A stretch of 64,000 nt of DNA from Candidatus Giovannonibacteria bacterium RIFOXYD1_FULL_48_21 (lineage in GTDB: Bacteria; Patescibacteriota; Minisyncoccia; JACPKW01; UBA11713). Made by a program: the position numbers and the translations under genes. Where the stretch lies: the NCBI GenBank assembly GCA_001778985.1, contig MFIU01000002.1, positions 57,826-121,825 on the forward strand. The letters are read 5' to 3'. The notes beneath the pieces were generated by a model, which saw only the letters and a program-made list of their open reading frames with translations, did not search any database and had not been told where the DNA came from. Positions within the stretch are counted from its first letter, which is position 1; every line of letters begins with the position of its first letter. Positions 26,761 through 36,046 of the stretch are shown piece by piece.

Positions 26761-27633
26761 TCACTCTTTTATATGTTTCTCAAAAAAATATTTTACCCGT
26801 TCGTCAAAATCCGCAGGAAGCTCTCCGTGAAGTCCTGTTTCCGGGAAATAAAATTCAGCTTGTTTATTATGTATAAGCGCGTCTCTCAAAAGTTCAGCGT
26901 GGCGAAACGGTATTTGCTCATCCGTTTTGGTATGGATTATCAGAATCGGCGTTGAAAGATTTTTTGCCGCCTCTTTGGGCGAGAAAGCGCTATCAACGCC
27001 CCATAATAACTTTGCCCAAAATTTCATCAGCGGCACAAGCGCTTCGCGAATAAGCGGGAGACGGCCATACGCGTCTTTGCCCAAGAGAATCAAGTCAGCA
27101 TATGACGCGTAGGAAGCCACCGCGGCAATTCTGGGGTCCTTCTCGGCCTGCAAAATTGCCGCAGCGCCCCCAAATGAAAATCCAAGGACACCGACTTTTT
27201 TGAATCCTCGCGATTCAAGAAAATCAATCGCAGCCTCCAGGTCAAGACGCTCGTTAGTCCCGAGAGTTGTGAACGAACCGCCCGATTTCCCAAAATAGCG
27301 GAAATCAAGCAAAAAAATATTGAAATCCAATTGGAGGGAGCTTGCAATAAAAAGCATGTCCCCTTTTTCCGCGGGGTAGCCGTGCAAAAGAATGATTGCA
27401 GGCGCGGGCTTGCCCCTTGAAGTCTTGACGGAAGAGGAGATAAACCATCCAGCAATTGATATGTTGTCCTTCGTTGTAAGCGCAATTTCTTCAAAAACCA
27501 AGTTAAAATTTTTGGGAGTAAACCCGCTTTCAATGCGGGACGGGTGAGTCACAAGCCACGCGCTCCAGAGACTTATGCCGATGAAACTTGCGACAAAAAT
27601 GGAAATATATAAAATGATTTTTTTAGGAATCAC
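26761..27633 (-). CDS. Alpha/beta-hydrolase (membrane-anchored esterase/peptidase-like)
   Basis: GFSFGG nucleophile elbow and HG oxyanion motif (ILLHGYP). N-terminal TM. Confidence 0.65.
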   Translation of the reverse strand: MIPKKIILYISIFVASFIGISLWSAWLVTHPSRIESGFTPKNFNLVFEEIALTTKDNISIAGWFISSSVKTSRGKPAPAIILLHGYPAEKGDMLFIASSLQLDFNIFLLDFRYFGKSGGSFTTLGTNERLDLEAAIDFLESRGFKKVGVLGFSFGGAAAILQAEKDPRIAAVASYASYADLILLGKDAYGRLPLIREALVPLMKFWAKLLWGVDSAFSPKEAAKNLSTPILIIHTKTDEQIPFRHAELLRDALIHNKQAEFYFPETGLHGELPADFDERVKYFFEKHIKE

Positions 27634-27641
27634 GGCGTTTT

Positions 27642-28049
27642 TTACCTTTTTCTTTTCTTTGTTTCCAGCGTGCGGATTTCTTGTTCATCAAGACCCAGAT
27701 GATGGCCGACTTCGTGCCACACTACCTCATAGATCAATTTTTTCAACTTCTTTTCATCGCGACCGGCTAATTCTTCTATCGGTTGCTGAAAGATAGTGAT
27801 TTTGTCTGGCAGGACGCCGAAATAATTCACGCCCCGTTTTGTTTTCGGAACACCTTCGTAGAGGCCGAGCAACACTTCATTCATTTGAATGCCGATCTCC
27901 TTGGCGTTCTTGTTTTGCCCTGAGCTTGCCGAAGGGCGGCGCGCTTCTCTCTCCACGGTAAACGCGACATTATCCATTGCTTTTCGTCCGTGTTCCGGCA
28001 ATGCCGAGATAACTTCGCGGATTAATTGTTCAAAGTTGTTTTTCTTCAT
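27642..28049 (-). CDS. Zincin-like metallopeptidase family protein (HEVGHHLG motif)
   Basis: HExxHH Zn-binding motif near the C-terminus. About 135 aa, like DUF1025/Zincin_1-type proteins. Confidence 0.5.
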   Translation of the reverse strand: MKKNNFEQLIREVISALPEHGRKAMDNVAFTVEREARRPSASSGQNKNAKEIGIQMNEVLLGLYEGVPKTKRGVNYFGVLPDKITIFQQPIEELAGRDEKKLKKLIYEVVWHEVGHHLGLDEQEIRTLETKKRKR

Positions 28050-30733
28050 GCTGATAGTAACTCTTTCCTCCGATAAAAGAATTTTCTTATTTCCTCAACA
28101 AGAACGATAGAGGCGGCAATCGGAATAATAATAAGCCACTCCGAGAGCTCAAGCGGCATGGTGCGCAAAAACTTCTGCATGAGCGGGTTATAAATTACCA
28201 AAAGTTGCAATGAGATAATGATAAGCGTTGCCCCCACCAAGAATTTATTGGAAAAAGGATTCATCTGGAAAATGGATTTTGATTCATGCCGGCAGTTCCA
28301 GGCATTGAACCAGTGAAACATCGCCAAGGTGGTAAGCGTCATTGTCCAGGCTTTGGTCATATCACTTTTGAAGTAACCTTCAAAAATGAAAAGGGCGCCC
28401 AACATCATCGGTATTGCCATAAAAATAACGCGCTTGACCATAAGTTTGTCAATAAGGTATTTTTTAGGCCGCTCAAAGTTGCCGCGCAGCAATCCCTCTT
28501 CTTTTGGCTCCATGGCCAGCGCCACATCAAGGAAACCGTCGGTGACAAAATTGAGCCAAATGATCTGCGCGGGCAAAAGCGGCAAGGGAAACCCCAGAAA
28601 AAGCGAACCGATTATAGTTAGTGTTTGCCCCCAACTTCCCGCAAAAAGATACAGGATCACTTTTTTAATTGTTTTATAAATACTTCTGCCTTCTTCCACA
28701 GCTGATACGATACTCCCGAAGTTATCATCCAAAAGCACGATATCCGAGGCCTCTTTTGCCACCTCGGTGCCAATATGCCCCATGGCCACGCCAAGGTCGG
28801 CGGCGACAAGCGAGGGGGCGTCGTTGACGCCGTCTCCGGTCATTGCAACAATTTCCCCGCGCGCCTTGTACGCCTTGATGATTCTCAATTTGTGTTCCGG
28901 TGTTACTCGCGCAAATACCGAAGTTTTGGCCAATTTCTCGGAAAGCTCGGCATCGGAAAAAGCGTCAATATCTTGCCCTGTAAGAATGGTATCCCCGTCT
29001 CGATAAATGCCGGCTTCTTTGGCGATTGCTTGCGCCGTAACTTTATGATCCCCCGTGATCATCACCACTCGAATACCGGCGGAAGCCGCTTTTTGCATAG
29101 CTTCCGCCACCTCGAGCCGAAGCGCGTCTTTCATACCGAAAAATCCCACAAAGGTAAGCGATTTTATCTCTTCGGGCGCAAGTATTTCCGGCGCGTCGCT
29201 GGTTTCAGCTAACGCGACAACCCTCAACCCTTCCAGCGACATAGAAAGAAAAACAGATTCTAATTCTCGTTTCCCTTCTTTTGATAAATGATGACTTTTA
29301 CCGCCATGCCATATCTTCTGCGAAAGACCGAGAATTATCTCCGGCGCGCCGACAACAGCTAAAAACTTTTGGCCGTCAAGTCGGTGAATCGTCGCGTGAT
29401 ACTTAAGTTTGTAATCAAACGGAATTTCGCTAACAAGCGGTGACTCCCGCTCTAAATCATCTTTGTGAAAGCCGAGTTTACTGGAAAGTACCAATATCGC
29501 GGCTTCGGTCGGGTCGCCGGCAACGCGCCAAATTTTTTCTTCTTCCGAAAAAAGCACGCGGGCATTGGCGCAAAAAGCGGCTATTTTCCCAGCGAAAAGA
29601 AGCTCCGGATGATTAACCGAATCAATCACATTTCCGTTTAATTGAATTTCTCCCTTCGGTTCATAGCCGACGCCTCCAACTTCAAAAAATTTTCCGTCTA
29701 CATATACTTTCTGGATTACCATTTCATTTTTGGTGACGGTACCCGTCTTATCCACGGCAATTATTCGGGCTTGCCCCAATGCTTCCACTGCCTGAAGCTT
29801 TTTTACCAAGGCATTACGCTTTGACATCCTCCATACTCCCGTTGCTAAAACGAGCGTCATCACAATCGGAAGTCCTTCGGGAATAATTGAGACCGAAAGC
29901 GAAACCACCGTCGTGAACATTTCTTTTATCGATTTTCCCGAAACAATGCCAAGCAAAAACAACAAAGTGCTAATACTTGCAACGGCGATAATAATAAGCC
30001 GTGAAAGATAACGAATATTAGTCTTGAGGGGAATTTCGGTATCAATCGCCGCAATCTCTTTAGAAATTTTTCCAATTACCGTCTCAATGCCCGTTGCTAC
30101 CACGATTGCTTTGCCGTTTCCCGCAAGAATATGCGTGCCCTTGAAAACCATGTTTTTCTGCTCCGCAGTTGGCAGGTCACCCTTCTCCAGAGTGTCGGCA
30201 ATTTTATGTACCGGCTCCGATTCACCCGTAAGAGCCGCCTCGTCAATTTTGAGATTTGTAGCCGCGATGATTCGGGCGTCCGCCGGCGCCTTCTCGCCTT
30301 CCTGCAAAATAATGATGTCACCATGCGACACTTCGCTGTCGGAGATAATGAGTTCTTTGCCTTCGCGGAGCACGGTCGCTTTTGTCTCCACGAATTTCTT
30401 GAGTGCCCGAAGTGTGTTTTGCGCCTTGCCTTCTTGGATCGTCCCAACAATGGCGTTGAAGAGAAGCACGGCAAGAATGATTGATCCGTCTATTGTTTCT
30501 CCCATCGCAAAAACAACCATGCTCGCCGCAAGAAGAATGTAAATCAGCGGACTTTGGAATTGGCGCAGAAAAATAACGAGAAGGCTGTCGACTTTCCCTT
30601 CGGGAAGTTTATTGAGGCCGTATTTCTTGAGGCGCCCCGTTGCTTCTTCTGTCGTTAAGCCATGCTCACGCGAATGAAGCGCATCAAGAATTTCGGGAAT
30701 TGCTTTGGTATGCCATGAAAGTTGCTGCATCAT
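28046..30733 (-). CDS. P-type ATPase, Ca2+/cation-transporting (P2-type)
   Basis: DKTGTVT phosphorylation site, MITGDHKVTA, VAMTGDGVNDAPSL, TGES. 10 TM helices. Confidence 0.9.
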   Translation of the reverse strand: MMQQLSWHTKAIPEILDALHSREHGLTTEEATGRLKKYGLNKLPEGKVDSLLVIFLRQFQSPLIYILLAASMVVFAMGETIDGSIILAVLLFNAIVGTIQEGKAQNTLRALKKFVETKATVLREGKELIISDSEVSHGDIIILQEGEKAPADARIIAATNLKIDEAALTGESEPVHKIADTLEKGDLPTAEQKNMVFKGTHILAGNGKAIVVATGIETVIGKISKEIAAIDTEIPLKTNIRYLSRLIIIAVASISTLLFLLGIVSGKSIKEMFTTVVSLSVSIIPEGLPIVMTLVLATGVWRMSKRNALVKKLQAVEALGQARIIAVDKTGTVTKNEMVIQKVYVDGKFFEVGGVGYEPKGEIQLNGNVIDSVNHPELLFAGKIAAFCANARVLFSEEEKIWRVAGDPTEAAILVLSSKLGFHKDDLERESPLVSEIPFDYKLKYHATIHRLDGQKFLAVVGAPEIILGLSQKIWHGGKSHHLSKEGKRELESVFLSMSLEGLRVVALAETSDAPEILAPEEIKSLTFVGFFGMKDALRLEVAEAMQKAASAGIRVVMITGDHKVTAQAIAKEAGIYRDGDTILTGQDIDAFSDAELSEKLAKTSVFARVTPEHKLRIIKAYKARGEIVAMTGDGVNDAPSLVAADLGVAMGHIGTEVAKEASDIVLLDDNFGSIVSAVEEGRSIYKTIKKVILYLFAGSWGQTLTIIGSLFLGFPLPLLPAQIIWLNFVTDGFLDVALAMEPKEEGLLRGNFERPKKYLIDKLMVKRVIFMAIPMMLGALFIFEGYFKSDMTKAWTMTLTTLAMFHWFNAWNCRHESKSIFQMNPFSNKFLVGATLIIISLQLLVIYNPLMQKFLRTMPLELSEWLIIIPIAASIVLVEEIRKFFYRRKELLSA

Positions 30734-30737
30734 AGGA

Positions 30738-30830
30738 TTATTTAATCAAGTCATCAACACCCACGCCTAACGCTTTAGCGATTTTAGAAAGGGTTTCAAT
30801 GGTCGGATTTGTATTTACTCCCCAAGCGGG
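30738..30830 (-). pseudogene. Remnant of an XRE-family HTH gene (helix 3 and C-terminus only)
   Basis: Minus-strand translation ...NTNPTIETLSKIAKALGVGVDDLIK* matches the HTH_3 recognition-helix region. The N-terminal half is missing. It directly abuts the tRNA-Ala 3' end. Confidence 0.35.
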
Positions 30831-30874
30831 GGCGTGGCGGTCTCCGGCACGGCGGCGGGGCGGCTAATCGTCTT

Positions 30875-30951
30875 TGGTGGACCCGAGCGGCTTCGAACCG
30901 CTAACCTCCCGAGTGCAAATCGGGTGCTCTAGCCAATTGAGCTACGGGCCC
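30875..30951 (-). tRNA. tRNA-Ala (anticodon TGC), CCA encoded
   Basis: Reverse complement is GGGCCCGTAGCTCAATTGGCTAGAGCACCCGATTTGCACTCGGGAGGTTAGCGGTTCGAAGCCGCTCGGGTCCACCA. G3:U70 identity pair. Anticodon loop TTTGCAC. Confidence 0.75.
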
Positions 30952-30975
30952 CGTTAGAAAATCATCTAACCAGTT
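30949..30975. repeat. Hairpin element B: CCCCGTTAGAAAA with a degenerate partner (tcatCTAACcag), overlapping the tRNA-Ala 5' end
   Basis: Left arm is intact; right arm is degenerate. Confidence 0.4.
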
Positions 30976-31394
30976 TACTGGACGATTATTTTTCCGCGGA
31001 GCGTTGGATTCAGATGGTCGTGCATGGGACACTCTTTCTTTTCGTTGAAAGTGAAAGAGTAGCTCTCGCCTGGCTCCACCGCTTCTAAGGAGTCAAAGCC
31101 CGGGCAGAGCTGATGAGCAGGGTGAACCCCTGATGCCGGCCGATGATTTTTAGTGTCTTTGTTCACGAATTTGACCGTATCCCCTGCTTTTATAGTTACT
31201 TCGGCAGGAGAAAATCCAGAAGCGCTCATCTCTATTACCGTTTCGCTCGCCCCGGACGAAGGAGCTGGCGCTGGCGTTGGGAGCGGCCTCGGGGGCGGTA
31301 TAATAGTCGAGGCGGCTTGATACTGCGCGGAGTAAAAATACCATCCTAATCCCGCCAAAATTAAAACAACTACGATTAGACCTAAAATTTTCAC
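30975..31394 (-). CDS. Secreted cupredoxin-like (blue-copper-fold) protein with non-canonical ligand set
   Basis: N-terminal TM or signal and a Pro-rich linker. C-terminal YSFTF..ECPMHDH...GKIIV resembles a cupredoxin C-terminal loop (C-x2-H). Confidence 0.4.
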   Translation of the reverse strand: MKILGLIVVVLILAGLGWYFYSAQYQAASTIIPPPRPLPTPAPAPSSGASETVIEMSASGFSPAEVTIKAGDTVKFVNKDTKNHRPASGVHPAHQLCPGFDSLEAVEPGESYSFTFNEKKECPMHDHLNPTLRGKIIVQ

Positions 31395-31502
31395 CCCGTT
31401 AGAAATTTAACCAATAAACTTTTCCCATGATCAAGAAAGCCAAAGGAGAGTTCGCTCTCGAAAAATATTCCAATAACAATCTTCGCTGAATTTCTAACGG
31501 GG
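31394..31502. repeat. Hairpin element C: CCCCGTTAGAAAT ... (82-nt loop) ... AATTTCTAACGGGG
   Basis: 13-bp perfect stem with an approximately 82-nt loop of unique sequence. Lies between two minus-strand genes. Confidence 0.65.
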
Positions 31503-31503
31503 T

Positions 31504-32226
31504 TCATATCAATAATGTTACCACGCTCATAATAAAGTTTCCAGCCAGGAGGCCCAGAATTAAAGGGTCTTGTTCAAAGAAAACAGAAATCAAGATAGTC
31601 GCCAGAGCCACCACTATTCCATAGATAATTTTATTGCGCCTTCCCGAAAAATTGGAGCTGACGTGTTCTATCAGCATCACGCTCGTGAAAAATAATAAAG
31701 TTCCGTCAAGAATTTTTGATATGCCGAAAAATAGGCCGTAAGGAATCAGAAAAGAGAGCGCTGTTTCCCAGCGCCGGAGATACCAGACAATATAAAGCCC
31801 GAGCGCGAGCAAAATGAAGAGCACTACCCCGCCAGACGCGAGCGACGGGGCCCACCAGGAAACCGCGCTAAACCCTCCTAAACTCGCCACTGCCAGAGCG
31901 GAGGCGGCCGGATTGAAAATATGCCGCCGCGGCCCGATTCTGACAAGCTGTTTTAGGGCCACGGCGATAAGCGGCAGTAAAATAATTAATTTCCATGAGG
32001 GGTTTGGCGGGCCGACGAGCGCCACGATAAAGCCGGAAATTACAGAGGCCAAAGGGAAATACCAAGCGCCGTCCCGAAAATAAGTCCATAAAACGTCGAA
32101 GAGTGCGTACAAGGAGGCGAGCAAAATTCCATTCAAGAGATAGGTCCACTCCCCCGCTTCGAAAGCTCCCCAGGCGAGAAGCGCTCCGAGGTAGACAAAC
32201 ATGAAATAGTAGATGCTGATTCTCAT
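31504..32226 (-). CDS. Integral membrane protein (about 7 TM), function unknown
   Basis: Hydrophobic throughout. HIFNPAA motif. No confident family. Confidence 0.4.
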   Translation of the reverse strand: MRISIYYFMFVYLGALLAWGAFEAGEWTYLLNGILLASLYALFDVLWTYFRDGAWYFPLASVISGFIVALVGPPNPSWKLIILLPLIAVALKQLVRIGPRRHIFNPAASALAVASLGGFSAVSWWAPSLASGGVVLFILLALGLYIVWYLRRWETALSFLIPYGLFFGISKILDGTLLFFTSVMLIEHVSSNFSGRRNKIIYGIVVALATILISVFFEQDPLILGLLAGNFIMSVVTLLI

Positions 32227-33200
32227 GTTTTCCCGAGCGCCAGAGTCGCGAGATGGTCCAAAAGTTTCGGAAACGAAAGCCCAATCGCCTCTGACGCTTT
32301 CGGAAAAAGCGATTCGGATGTTAATCCTGGCAAAGTATTGGTTTCCAGAATAAAAACGCCGCTCCGTCCTCTGGCGGAAGAGACGATAAAATCCGAACGC
32401 GAATAATGCCTCAAGCCCAGACTTTGGTGCGCCAAAACCGCCATCTCTTGAATTTTTCCGGAAATTTCTTTTTCAAAGCGGGCCGGACAGATTTCTTTAG
32501 TCTCGCCGTTGTATTTAACTTCGTAATCAAAGAATCTTTCGGCCGGCGGAATTATCTCCACTACCGGCAAAGCGTAATATTTTTTTCCTCGGAAATTTTC
32601 CAAAACGCCGCAGGTGGCTTCCCTACCCTTGACGTATTCTTCCGCGAGGGCCTTGTCGCTGTACACAAACGCTTCGCTAAGCGCCCCGATAAGTTCCGGA
32701 ATATTTTGAGCGATGCTTACCCCAACCGAAGAACCGCGGTCCGCGGGCTTGACGACCCACGGAGAGAAAAACGCTTCTCGAACTTCCAGCGCTTTTTCGC
32801 CGAGATTATCTTTTTTTCCGAGAGCCATCCCTCTTGGAATTTTAAGCCCGGCTTTTTGGAAAATTTCCCGAGCCAGAGTTTTTCGCATGGCGAGCGCCGA
32901 AGCCACAACGCCCGAGCCGGTGTACGGAATAGAATGCGTCTCCAAAAATTGTTGGACCTTCCCATCCTCGCCGTATTCGCCGTGCAGGGCGTTAAAAATC
33001 AAATCCAACTTTCTGAAAATTTTTTCAGGACTCAAGGGAAAGCCGTTAAAGTGCCAAACTCCGTCCCGCGACAGGAGAATATCATGCGTTTGATATTTAT
33101 CAGGCGGCAGATATTTCAAAACGTTCTCGCCGGTCAAAAGCGAGATTTCGTATTCCGCGCTGGGCCCTCCCCTTAGAACCCCGACCCTGATTTTAGCCAT
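32223..33200 (-). CDS. ddl: D-alanine--D-alanine ligase
   Basis: ATP-grasp fold. N-terminal MAKIRVGVLRGGPSAEYEISL. C-terminal ETNTLPGLT. Confidence 0.9.
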   Translation of the reverse strand: MAKIRVGVLRGGPSAEYEISLLTGENVLKYLPPDKYQTHDILLSRDGVWHFNGFPLSPEKIFRKLDLIFNALHGEYGEDGKVQQFLETHSIPYTGSGVVASALAMRKTLAREIFQKAGLKIPRGMALGKKDNLGEKALEVREAFFSPWVVKPADRGSSVGVSIAQNIPELIGALSEAFVYSDKALAEEYVKGREATCGVLENFRGKKYYALPVVEIIPPAERFFDYEVKYNGETKEICPARFEKEISGKIQEMAVLAHQSLGLRHYSRSDFIVSSARGRSGVFILETNTLPGLTSESLFPKASEAIGLSFPKLLDHLATLALGKT

Positions 33201-33279
33201 CTTTCTATTTTAAAACGAAATGTGGAAAACTGCATTTGACGGCGCTTGAAACCGGGCTTATCTTTAAAAAACAGTCCTT

Positions 33280-33495
33280 GAACAGCTAGATGCAGTTTGT
33301 AGATTACTAACGTAGGTTGGGGAAGCAGGTGTAAATCCTGCGCAGTGCCGCTACGGTGATTCGTTCTTCGAACGATAAGTCCGATGGCCAACCCTGCATT
33401 GTTTATCTTTTATCACCCTCGAGCAAGGGAAAGCCGTATTTTTAGCGTTTATCCATCTTCAAAACCCGCTCGAGGCGGGAATTTTTATTTTTTAA
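33280..33495 (+). promoter_or_regulatory. Cobalamin (AdoCbl) riboswitch with intrinsic terminator expression platform
   Basis: Core GGGAAGCAGGUGUAAAUCCUGCGCAGUGCCGCUACGGUGA matches the Cbl riboswitch consensus GGGAAgccGGUGaaAaUCCggCaCgGuCCCGCCACUGUaa. B12-box-like AAGUCCGAUGGCC (E. coli btuB has AAGCCCGAAGACC). Terminator CCCGCTCGAGGCGGG + AATTTTTATTTTTT at 33465-33493, just upstream of the 33509 start. Confidence 0.65.
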
Positions 33496-33508
33496 TAGTT
33501 TTAATAGC

Positions 33509-35092
33509 GTGAATAACATAAATAAAAAATTACTCCGGCTGTTTGTTCTTTTGTCGCTCGGCGCGCTGGCGTTCCTGCAGCTGAATTTAGCCCGGGGAGA
33601 CGTTAATTCCGCCTTGGTTTACCTCAAAACCAAAAGTCCGAATCCGTGGATAACTATGGCGCTGGTAGCCGCCGGAGAGAGTCCGGATGTTGATTATCTG
33701 AAATCGACTACCGGCGCCAGCGCCACCGATTACGAAGCCCCTATTTTGGCCTTGGCCGCAGCCGGAAAGAATGCACGGACATTTCCTGACACGGATTTGG
33801 TCGCGGCACTCAAGGCTTTTCACGCCGGAGGGCAAATCGGTAGCGCCTCAACTTTGAATGATGATATCTTCGGGGTTCTTGCTCTCCTTGCCTCTGGAGA
33901 ACCGGCGAGCGACTCGGCCGTAACGGATGCAAAAAACACCATCCTCAACAACCAGAATGCTAACGGCGGCTGGCCGTTTGCGGTAGGCGGCAATCCTGAC
34001 ACCAACATGACTGCGATGGCCATAATGGCCTTGATTTCGGCCGGAGTAGACAAAACTGATTCGCATATAGTAAACGCGGTTAATTACCTAAAATCGGCCC
34101 AGAATGACGACGGCGGGTTTCCTTATGATCCGGTAAGCCCGTGGGGAACAAACTCGGACGCGTCTTCGGATGCCTGGATTATCTCGGCGATAAGTAGCGT
34201 TGGTGAGGACCCGGATGGTTCAAGTTGGAGCAAAAACGGCAATAGCCCGGTTGACCATCTAATGTCTTTACAGGCCGATGGCGGATACTTTGAGTACCAA
34301 GAAGGCACGGGAGAGGATTCCTTTAGTCCAGTAACCACTTCTTACGCGGTAATTGCTTTAACGGGAAAGTATTATCCAGTGGGAGCAACTTCTTTTCCTG
34401 CAGTCCCGAATGTAGACTATAAAATCGAAGGAAGCACCGGGACGATTTGTGAAGGGAGCGTGAATGCTCCGAACGCGCTCAATTTAGTTGTGATTATCGC
34501 CCCAACTTGCGGCTTCACTTACGAGATAGTGGATACTTCTTTCGGGCCTTATCTGAAGAGAATAAACGACGATGAGGCGCACGACTTAGTCGGCTGGCTT
34601 TACGCGGTTAATTTCGTTCTGCCGAACATCGGTGCGGCCGACTATGACCTGGAAAACGGCGACTACGTTATCTGGCACTTCGGCAACTTTAACTGGCAGC
34701 CGGGCGGGGCCGAACTTAATTTGAGCGCCAATGTTCTCCCGGGAACGGGAGACGGAGGAGGAGGAGACGGCGGCTCCATATCTTTTACCGTTAACGTTTT
34801 GGGAGGAGGAAACAATTTGGGCTTTGGAGACATTGTTCCGGGAGCCCTGAAGTCGCAGGATATAGTGATTGTCAATAACGGTAATGGTTCTATCTACATA
34901 GAAAGCGCCGTAAGCGGAAATGAAGTATTCAGGGACTTCTTAAACATTGACGGGATTTCCTGGAGAAATTTCAGCCTTAACTTATCCGAGGGTGAAAGCG
35001 ACGAATCCGAAGTCAATCTGCAAGTGCCTTCTTCTTACTCCAAACCCGGTTCTAAAACTGGCAAGCTTATATTCTGGGCAACGGCAAACTAA
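33509..35092 (+). CDS. Secreted transcobalamin/intrinsic-factor-like protein: alpha/alpha-toroid repeats + DUF4430 (TC-like beta) domain + C-terminal beta-sandwich
   Basis: Signal peptide. Three QxxxGG(W/F/Y) toroid repeats (NQNANGGWPF, AQNDDGGFPY, LQADGGYFEY). DUF4430-like segment GWLYAVNFV...GAADYDLENGDYVIWHF. Gly-rich linker. Ig-like tail. Confidence 0.55.
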   Translation: MNNINKKLLRLFVLLSLGALAFLQLNLARGDVNSALVYLKTKSPNPWITMALVAAGESPDVDYLKSTTGASATDYEAPILALAAAGKNARTFPDTDLVAALKAFHAGGQIGSASTLNDDIFGVLALLASGEPASDSAVTDAKNTILNNQNANGGWPFAVGGNPDTNMTAMAIMALISAGVDKTDSHIVNAVNYLKSAQNDDGGFPYDPVSPWGTNSDASSDAWIISAISSVGEDPDGSSWSKNGNSPVDHLMSLQADGGYFEYQEGTGEDSFSPVTTSYAVIALTGKYYPVGATSFPAVPNVDYKIEGSTGTICEGSVNAPNALNLVVIIAPTCGFTYEIVDTSFGPYLKRINDDEAHDLVGWLYAVNFVLPNIGAADYDLENGDYVIWHFGNFNWQPGGAELNLSANVLPGTGDGGGGDGGSISFTVNVLGGGNNLGFGDIVPGALKSQDIVIVNNGNGSIYIESAVSGNEVFRDFLNIDGISWRNFSLNLSEGESDESEVNLQVPSSYSKPGSKTGKLIFWATAN

Positions 35093-35634
35093 TGAAGAAA
35101 CTGGGACTTATAACATTTTTAGGAATAATACTCGTCGCTTCCGCTCCGGCAGTGCCGGAGGCGGGGGCGGTGGGGCTTTCCGTTTATCCTAAGGAACTTC
35201 GAGTTTCGGCGATGGTGGGCGAGACAGCCAATTATAAGCTAAATGTTAAAAATCCTTCGGGAGAAGTTTCGCTTTTTGAGGTTTACCCGGATGACTTGGG
35301 AGCGATTGTAAAGGTTTCGCCGTCTAGTTTTATTCTGGAATCCGAAGAATCAAGAGAGGTGAGCGTGCGGGTTACGGCTCGCGGTGAGGGAGTGTTTAAA
35401 ACCAATATCTCGGTTGTCGCTACGCCGGTTGCCTCTGCGTCATTCAATGCCGGGAGCGGAGTGAAAATCCCCGTGGAGATTTCTGTCGGTCTGCCGAACT
35501 CGTGGCTCGCATCAATCATTGCCAGTTTGCCGCTTTCTACAACTAGTAGAACTTTAGGAGTGATTCTTTTGGGACTGATACTCATAGCCGGTTTTTTCGT
35601 AATAAGATATGGCGTCAAGCAAATTAAAATTTAG
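35092..35634 (+). CDS. Surface beta-sandwich (Ig-like) protein with C-terminal TM anchor
   Basis: Signal peptide, beta-rich domain, C-terminal hydrophobic helix followed by basic residues. Confidence 0.4.
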   Translation: MKKLGLITFLGIILVASAPAVPEAGAVGLSVYPKELRVSAMVGETANYKLNVKNPSGEVSLFEVYPDDLGAIVKVSPSSFILESEESREVSVRVTARGEGVFKTNISVVATPVASASFNAGSGVKIPVEISVGLPNSWLASIIASLPLSTTSRTLGVILLGLILIAGFFVIRYGVKQIKI

Positions 35635-36046
35635 TCTGATAGCGGTTGGTGTTTTGGCTCTGGCTCTCGCGGGCTTATCGTTTTTTGTAGACGGGCCGCA
35701 AGTCACTCAAGCGCCAGTACAAAGCGAACAAACCGTATCGCAAGCGTCTTTCGAAATAGATTTTGGCGACGGGAGGACAGAAGCGATTGAGATTGAAGTT
35801 GATGGAACAAAAAATCTATTCCAAGTTATGAAAGAGGTTTTGACCGAACAGGAAATTGAGTTCTCCTATGAAAGTTACTCCGGCTTGGGAGAGTTAATAA
35901 CTAAAATTGGGGACAAGAAGAACGGAGAGGGCGGCAATTACTGGCAGTTTTGGATAAACGGCAATTATTCCATGGTCGGCGCCTCTTCGTATATAGTAAA
36001 ACCCGCTGATATAATTGAATGGAAATTTACAGATGAACAGCAATAA
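35609..36046 (+). CDS. DUF4430 (transcobalamin-like beta domain) protein, membrane- or secretion-targeted
   Basis: GGNYWQFWINGNYSMVGASSYIVKPADIIEWKF matches the DUF4430 signature. N-terminal TM or signal. Confidence 0.6.
   Translation: MASSKLKFSLIAVGVLALALAGLSFFVDGPQVTQAPVQSEQTVSQASFEIDFGDGRTEAIEIEVDGTKNLFQVMKEVLTEQEIEFSYESYSGLGELITKIGDKKNGEGGNYWQFWINGNYSMVGASSYIVKPADIIEWKFTDEQQ

Noticed and set aside
33245-33400. RNase P RNA or SRP RNA in the ddl-downstream intergenic region (GAAACCGGGCTTATC and GATAAGTCCGATGGCC resemble the P4 strands)
   Set aside because: The two P4-like pieces are in the wrong order and only about 110 nt apart. The middle instead matches the cobalamin riboswitch core (GGGAA..GGUGUAAAUCC..GCCGCUACGGUGA) with a B12-box-like 3' segment, and a terminator follows. 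It was called a Cbl riboswitch.
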